Below, piece after piece: positions 54,148 through 64,000 of a stretch of 64,000 nucleotides of DNA (its first letter is position 1; each line of letters opens with the position of its first letter). Source of the DNA: Eledone cirrhosa (taxonomy: Eukaryota); assembly GCA_964016885.1 (NCBI GenBank), contig OZ024740.1, forward strand, positions 88,350,001-88,414,000, given 5' to 3'. The notes beneath the pieces are model-generated. The model was not told where the DNA came from. It saw only the letters and a list, made by a program, of their open reading frames with translations, and searched no databases. The position numbers were made by a program, and so were the translations under genes.

Positions 54148-56850
54148 CTAAGGCGGGTAAAATTCCCGAGATCCATGGACGAGTTCTCTCCAGCGGTCTC
54201 TGTCCCTCATTATCGCTGCCATATCCTGCATATCCAACAGACCAGTGTCTGTCCTTAGGGCATCAACATATGTTAACCTTGGTCTTCCTCTTCTAGTGTG
54301 TCCATGTAGGGGCTCCCAAAGGAGCACTGAGTGCAATGTCAACTCTGGATGTCGGTGAGCATGTCCAGCCAACCTCAGTCTCCTCTGTGTCACTTTTGAG
54401 CTGACTTTTGGGATGCTCCCATACAGCTCTGAGTTTTTCATCCTCAGTGTATACTGATTAATGTTCAGAGCCATCCTCAGCATTCTCGTGTAGCACCCAT
54501 CCACCATCTGAGTGAGTCTCTTGGTCAGTGTCCAAGTCTCAGACCCATACAGCAGCACAGACTCCACTACAGCAATGAAGAGGCGGATTTTCAGGTCTCT
54601 ACGAAGGTCCGACTTCCACACCGATCTCAAGCTGTGACACGCCGCCCAGGCCTTGCTCTTCCTCCCAACCACATCATCTTCCGTATTCCCAATCTTTGCT
54701 CCCAAATACAGGAAGTCCTCAACCAATTCCAGCGGCTTCCCGCCTACATTAGTGATCCCCTCTGGCTTCTCAACATTCTCCACCAGATATTTTGTTTTAG
54801 TCTCATTCATTCTCAGCCCCACACTCATCGACACAGTCTCAACCTCTCGCATCAAATCCTCTGCCTCCTTCACTGTATTTGTCACCAAAACTATGTCGTC
54901 GGCAAATTCAGCATCCGATACCTTTTTCGCCCCAACTCTCCTGCTCTGAGCCGGTGCTACAGTAAAGCCAGTGTCCTGGTATTTCGCCAGTGCAAGGCGC
55001 ATACAATAGTCCACTACGATGATAAAAAGATAGGGAGCCAATGTATCTCCCTGGAGCACTCCAGCCAGTATCTCAAAGAACTCTATCATCCCATCAGGTG
55101 TAATGACTTGGGCTTTGGTGTTGGTGTAGAGCAGTGATATCAGGTCCACTATCCTCTTGGGGATTCCATAAGCCTGTAAGATCTTCATCAGGCAGTAACG
55201 GTCCACATAATCAAAGGCCTTCCTAAAGTCAATGAAAACCATGACCGCAGGAAGGCACTTTGCTCTAGCTCCCTCTAATATCCTCCTCAGCATCAGGATG
55301 TGACTGGTGGTTGATCTACCCTCTCTGAAGCCGTTCTGGTTGTCCCCGAGCTTCTTCTCCATCTCAGGCTGGATCCTGTTAAGAATCATCCTGTTGAGGG
55401 TCTTTGCCACAAGTGACGTCAGTGAGATCCCCCGGTAGTTGTTGGTGTTAGAGAGATCTCCCTTCTTTGGCACTGGGACGATGTTACTGATCCTCCACTG
55501 ATTCGGGGCAACTCCTTTCTCCAGTGCCCCGTTACAGAACCCCAGGATGATATCATCAAAATCACACCTCTTCATCACCTCTGATGCCACTCCATCCTCT
55601 CCATGAGCCTTGCCCTCCTTGATCTTCTTCTTGGCTCTCTGAAGCTCCTCTCTGGTGAAGGGCTCTGTCTCAACATCCAGTTCCTCAAACAGCCGCCTGA
55701 TCTCCCCACTGCTCTGGGCTGTGGAGGGTGGCTCTCCTAGTAGGGTCCTAAAATGGTCTAGCCATTTCCTCTTCCTATCCTCGGACCCCGTTCCCTGGAT
55801 CTGACTCGAACACCTTTTCTTCCTCCCTGTGATCTCGTTGATGATCATCCAGCCCTCCTTACATCCAGATCTGTCAACCGCTCTCTCCACACTTCTGATC
55901 TTCTCTATCAGTGCCTCCTCTCTGACCTCAGTGTAAGCGGTACAGAGCTCTTCCCTCATCACCTCCACAGTCTCCATCCCCTCCTCCGTAGGATCAGCAT
56001 AGAATTGGTCCCTGGCAGCTTTCAGGTGTTCTCTGGCTGCACACACTTTTGGGTTTGCAGAGCTGACGTGCTTCCCTTTGTTCTTTTTCCTCGGCACCAG
56101 GGTTTCACTTGCTTTCGCCACTGCATTAGTGAAGTGCCCGTACCTCCTCGTCACACTCTCCTCAGTCCATCCAATCTCTCTCTCCTCTGACTCTCCACAC
56201 AGAGCACTAAACCTGTTTCTCACTTCCACTGTGAACCTCTCCTGTAGCTTATCATCTTCCTTGAAAGCTCCCAGTCATAGATTGTTTCTCCGGGGCTGAG
56301 CCTTGCTCTTTCTTAAGCTCACGCGGACCTCACTCATAACAAGCCGGTGGTCACTACACAGTGTACTGAAATAGATGTATGGTTCCGTGTTCAGAACACT
56401 ATTCCGCCACTTTTTCCTCACCAGAATGAAATCAATCTGGGACTTGGACAGGTGCATATCTGAGATGTAGGTCCACATCTTCCCCAGATTCTTCCTAAAC
56501 CTTAGGTTGGTTGCCATCAAGTTCGCCTCCAGCAGGGTGTCTCTCAGTAGTCTTCCATTTCGGTTGGTGTTGTTATGGAAGTACCAGCAAGGATCTTCAC
56601 TGCCCTCCTTACTCAGATGTGCATTGAAGTCCCCCAAAACAAGCAGGATATTGTGTGCCTGAGTGGTGTTGACAGCCCCACACACCTCCTCATGGAACTC
56701 CTCGGCATTCACATCACTGTCCCCCTCGGTTGGACTATAGGCTGAGATGACTGTCAGTCTTGGGTTTCCATTGAAGGTCACCCTCAACACTCGCGGGGAG
56801 ATAGGCATTATTTCCCTCACCAACAGATTGGTTTTTGCACTGAACACAAA
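54148..56850 (-). mobile_element. RTE-clade LINE, 5'-truncated, nearly intact ORF (APE plus RT), inserted in (TA)n
   Basis: APE: SAYSPT, LGDFNA, QIDFIL, SDH; RT: NYRGISL, QNGFR, FIDFRKAFD, GVLQGDTLAPYLF, FADD, YLG; ORFs 56275-56847 and 54148-56229 are in the same frame, separated by one TGA; (TAGA)n tail. Confidence 0.95.
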
Positions 56851-56854
56851 GTGT

Positions 56855-58380
56855 TATATATTTACCTCGGCTGCGTTTGTCTGTTTCTCTCTACTCCTTC
56901 CCCGTTCTCTTTGTTGCTCTCACCTTCTCTCACTCCCTCTGTCAGTTACTCTTTCTCTCGACTGACCTCTTCTTCGCACTTCCACTCACTCACTCTTTGT
57001 TTCTCCCCTTCTCACTTCCTTCCGTTTGGCTAGTAGTGGGTTCTCTTCTTGCTCACATCTCTCTCACGTTGGATGGTCTGTATCTTGATAGCTCGAAATC
57101 CACCCAGATTACGCTGACCGGATAACCATGTTGCTTGTTTATTCCCGTCTTTGCGTTTCTTTTATCCTTCTATGTTGTTTACTTGTCTCACTCGCTTTAC
57201 GCGATTTACTTGTCCCAATAGCTTTTTTTAGTTATTGCTCGCACCAACCTGAGGTATATGATTTTTAATGCGATGAAATATCAATGATGGTTGGCAAATC
57301 ACTGACGAAGGACTATTTTTATCATATGTAACCCATGTGCAACCACGCAGTATTCTTCTTTCTTCTCATGTTTTTTATATATATTTACCTCGGCTGCGTT
57401 TGTCTGTTTCTCTCTACTGCTTCCCCGTTCTCTCTGCTGCTCTCACCTTCTTTCGCCCCCTCTGTCAGTTACACTTTCTCTCGACTGACCTCTTCCCCGC
57501 ACTTCCACTCACTCACTCTCTGTTTCTCCGCTTCTTGCTCACATCTCACTCACGTAGGATGGTCTGTACCTTGATCGCTCATGAAATCCACCCAGATTAT
57601 GCTGACCGGATAACCATGTTGCTTGTTTATTCCCATCTTTGCGTTGCTTTCATCCTTCTATGTTGTTTACTTGTCTCACTCGCTTTACGCGATTTACTTG
57701 TCCCAATAGCTTTTTTTAGTTATTGCTCGCACCAACCTGAGGTATATGATTTTTAATGCGATGAAATATCAATGATGGTTGGCAAATCACTGACGAAGGA
57801 CTATTTTTATCATATGTAACCCATGTGCAACCACACAGTATTCTTCTTTCTTCTCATGTTTTTTATATATATTTACCTCGGCTGCGTTTGTCTGTTTCTC
57901 TCTACTGCTTCCCCGTTCTCTCTGTTGCTCTCACCTTCTTTCACCCCCTCTGTCAGTTACACTTTCTCTCGACTGACCTCTTCCTCGCACTTCCACTCAC
58001 TCACTCTCTGTTTCTCTCCTTCTCACTTACTCCCGTTTGGCTAGTAGTGGGTTCTCTTCCTGCTCACATCTCACTCACGTCGGACGGTCTGTATGTTGAT
58101 CGTTCATGAAATCCACCCAGCTTAAGCTGACCGGATAACCATGTTGCTTGTTTATTCCCATCTTTGCGTTGCTTTCATCCTTCTATGTTGTTTACTTGTC
58201 TCACTCGCTTTACGCGATTTACTTGTCCCAATAGCTTTTTTTAGTTATTGCTCGCACCAACCTGAGGTATATGATTTTTAATGCGATGCAATATCAATGA
58301 TGGTTGGCAAATCACTGACGAAGGACTATTTTTATCATATGTAACCCATGTGCAACCACGCAGTATTCTTCTTTCTTCTC

Positions 58381-58387
<7 letters not shown>
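56855..58387 (+). repeat. Three tandem ~490-520-bp units joined by short TA runs (pLTR-like array)
   Basis: tttacctcggctgcgtttgtc at 56861, 57384 and 57872 (spacings 523 and 488 bp). Confidence 0.92.
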
Positions 58388-58462
<75 letters not shown>

Positions 58463-58526
58463 TGTGTTATATATATATATATATTATAGATAACAGCAGG
58501 ATGGACTGGTGTAATTCCTTAAAAGG

Positions 58527-58586
58527 TTTATTATGATCATTTCAATGACCGAGTTCAGTATGAAATCGGTGACATCATCAGGTATT
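58527..58586 (-). ncRNA. Hammerhead core with disrupted stem I in a TA-flanked fragment (58488-58692)
   Basis: CTGATGA-tgtcaccga..tcggtcatt-GAAA-tgatca-TA; palindromic loop 3. Confidence 0.58.
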
Positions 58587-58827
58587 CGAAATATAGCAAA
58601 GGATTATAATAGACAAAATCCATGGGGCTGAAAATCAGAGACATGAGGGCGACCGATCATTTAGCAGGTTCTACAGCGGTCGGCCGCCCTCAATATATAT
58701 ATATATATATATATATACTATATAAATTTGAAGTGGTCGGACGTGATATGTGTAGGTGTAGTCGGATAAACATCGAAACGGCTTGGTGGAATGCATCGAT
58801 TTACACAGTTATGCAGAATGACCCGAT

Positions 58828-58902
<75 letters not shown>

Positions 58903-59034
58903 AAGAATTAATATCTAGTAACATATATATACATACAGATGCATATCAATGCTAGCAAATATATAGGTTTTGTCTTAGTATCTTTGTGGTTCAATGCATA
59001 TATATATATATATAAGAGAAATAGGATTTCGCTT

Positions 59035-59641
59035 CAAGCATAGCTTTATACAATATGTATAATTATTTCGTATCTCCAAGGAAATACGATTTTAGGAAGT
59101 CGTAGGTATGCAAACACCGGGGGGGGGGGGGGGGGGGGCTAACGCTCTCTGGTGATGTCCAGCAGAAGCAAGGGGGACAACCGTCAAATTCAGGCTTAAC
59201 TGGCCTTCGTCAGGACGGTTCCTCCCACCGCTTGCGACTGATGGACTAGAAAACAATAGCGTAAGGTCTTCGAAAAGCTTTTAATTAAGCATACAGTGTA
59301 TTGCAAAATACACTATATATACATTCATATATATATCGCTATTTCAGAGCACCAATTCTAATTTTCAATTTCTGCTTGACCGGCAACCGCTCTGTATAAT
59401 CAGTTCCTGATTATTACTAGAATTCTATAAGAATCAAACATTCATGATTTTTAGCAAACAGGCGGAGTACTTGGCTTTGATAAGTACCAATCAGTACGAA
59501 ACAGAGCTGTCAGCTTTATCTCCCCTGTTTGCTGAAAATTTAAAGTAAGTGAGACTGTCACTACTCTAAAACAATAGCGTAAGGTCTTCGAAAGGCTTTT
59601 AATTAAGCATACAGTGTATTGCAAAATACATTATATATACA

Positions 59642-59644
<3 letters not shown>
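59035..59644 (+). mobile_element. TA-flanked non-coding element with ~78-bp direct repeats (59250-59327 / 59567-59644)
   Basis: aaaacaatagcgtaaggtcttcgaaa...tatatacattc occurs twice; a hammerhead motif lies between the repeats. Confidence 0.7.
59473..59515 (+). ncRNA. Compact type I hammerhead, U3:A8 core variant
   Basis: ggct-TTGATAA-gtac caatca gtac-GAAA-cag ag ctg-TC-agct; all three stems pair; GUC site. Confidence 0.78.
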
Positions 59645-59736
<92 letters not shown>

Positions 59737-60909
59737 GTTAAAAGGTATACACGTCACGTATTATTTTTATTTCACTCTTAATTAATGATTTTCACGTCCT
59801 GCCTTTGCCATCTCTGGATGAAGGAACTCTACTGAGACAGATGGTATTGATCCTGTGAAAGTTGCTGTTGTTATGGAGGTGTGGTGATGGATGGTAGCTT
59901 GGTAGTGTGTAGTGTATTGACTGTTGATACAGTGGTGAGTAGTTGTAGGGTGGTGGGTGTGTGGTTGAGGTGGTAGCATGGTGGTGATTATATGGTGATA
60001 GTACTGTGGTTGAGGTTGAGTGTGTCAGGTTGAGATTTGCAGTGTATTGATGTATCTTTGTGGTAAATGTGGTAGAGTGCTCTTTGTGTGGTGGGTGTGC
60101 TATGGTTGTCGTTGTGTGGTGGCGGTGATGTAGTGTAGTTGTTGTGTAGTGGTGGATCTGTTTTTGGTGTATTGATGCGTTGGTGTGGTGGGTGCATGTG
60201 GAGCGTTATGTGTTTTGTTTAACCTTTACTAGATGTGAAAAAATGTGTTCCATTCATGCCCACTACATTTTTGTCGAGACTAATGAGATTGAAACTGTTG
60301 ATGTTCAGTTTAAAATGTTGCAGGGTGATCAATGAGACACGTAGGGAAAGAATTCTAGTGGGACGTCGTTGTGGGAAGGAAGGGATGGGAGTAGTGTTTA
60401 GTGCAGGGCCTGATTCTAAGGAGTGAGTCCAGTCAGATGAAATTCAAGTTATGCTTTGAACATGCGGTTACCTTGAGGGATATTTAGTGAGCGCTGAGCC
60501 AAACATTTGGAGCGAACGTGATGATACTGTTCATGTTTAAGTGTGGTGTATTCAGTGATCTCTTAGTTCCACACATCTAATCGATAAAACTAATGAACAA
60601 TAACAATAAGCATAATCAGATCTTTTACTAATTTTGTTTCAATCATTCGACAAAGTCTTAAAGATTTCGGCGATCATATCGATACCAGCACTTACTTCAA
60701 TCTATTACGTATTATCGATCTCTAATTGCTGAAGTGGTAGGCTAGCAAACAAAAGCATAATCACACACACACACACTCAATCTCATTGAAAGTAAGCGTG
60801 TTTCAAATAGTATATACATGGCATATCATGCTTATTATGTTCCTGAATGTATACACTGATGGACGCATCACTTATATATGTATATATATATATATATATA
60901 TACACATAT

Positions 60910-61355
60910 ATAACAAAGGAATTGTGGTAAGGAACCAGATGGACCATAACGCACCAGAGTACTCAATACTTAGGGTAGTAGAGTGGGAAATAGGAACAAA
61001 TATGACCCCGACTGCAGCGCTCAAACCGTTTCGACTGCTATTTCTGGACCCGGATTTTTTGTAGGAATCTGCTGTGTCTGGGTTTGAATTTAATGCTCTT
61101 GACCAGGTGGAAAAGGTCGTTCTCAAAGAGAGAGAGCATAGGGTTCGGAGGGGGAGATTAGTAGGTATTGAATCCGAATCTCTCCTTGGTGTCGAAGTCC
61201 TGATTGTCGCGGTATCTATTGTAGAAAAAAGTTCTCCATCTTAGTCTTTTCGCAAAAAGGTCGATTTTTTGCGTGAGAATCCGAAGGTAAAGTTTTCTCG
61301 GTTCAGAAATAGCCGTCGAAACGGCTTAAGCTCTGCAGTCAGGGTCATACTTTTT

Positions 61356-61358
<3 letters not shown>
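60910..61358 (-). mobile_element. Diverged family A fold-back copy
   Basis: Tail 60910-60990; arms ~60991-61050 / 61300-61358; different spacer; (TA)n flanks. Confidence 0.82.

Positions 61359-64000
<2,642 letters not shown>

Noticed and set aside
54634-55137. Plus-strand ORFs overlapping the RTE and Tx1 elements
   Set aside because: Antisense shadows of GC-richer retroelement coding sequence.

Overview
AT-rich eukaryotic non-coding DNA, almost entirely transposable-element debris and (TA)n/(CA)n microsatellites. The SINE family and repeat mix suggest an octopod cephalopod (inference, not verified). No host protein-coding gene can be supported. Recognisable elements: Penelope-like retroelements (PLEs; RT plus GIY-YIG) at ~15.3-17.2 kb, ~49.9-51.7 kb and ~61.4-64 kb; a near-intact RTE-clade LINE (54.1-56.9 kb); a near full-length decayed Tx1/L1-clade LINE (40.6-45.0 kb) and fragments; three Helitron pieces; two Tc1/mariner-type MITEs; many tRNA-derived SINEs; and a SINE-derived 80-bp satellite with a 4-mer higher-order repeat. 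The main hidden signal is a recurring architecture, (TA)n - inverted arm - spacer - arm - unique tail - (TA)n, found in several unrelated non-coding families. Many of these carry type I hammerhead ribozyme motifs, often on both strands, and two unrelated motifs show the compensatory U3:A8 core variant. All folds and alignments were done by eye and most element boundaries are approximate.
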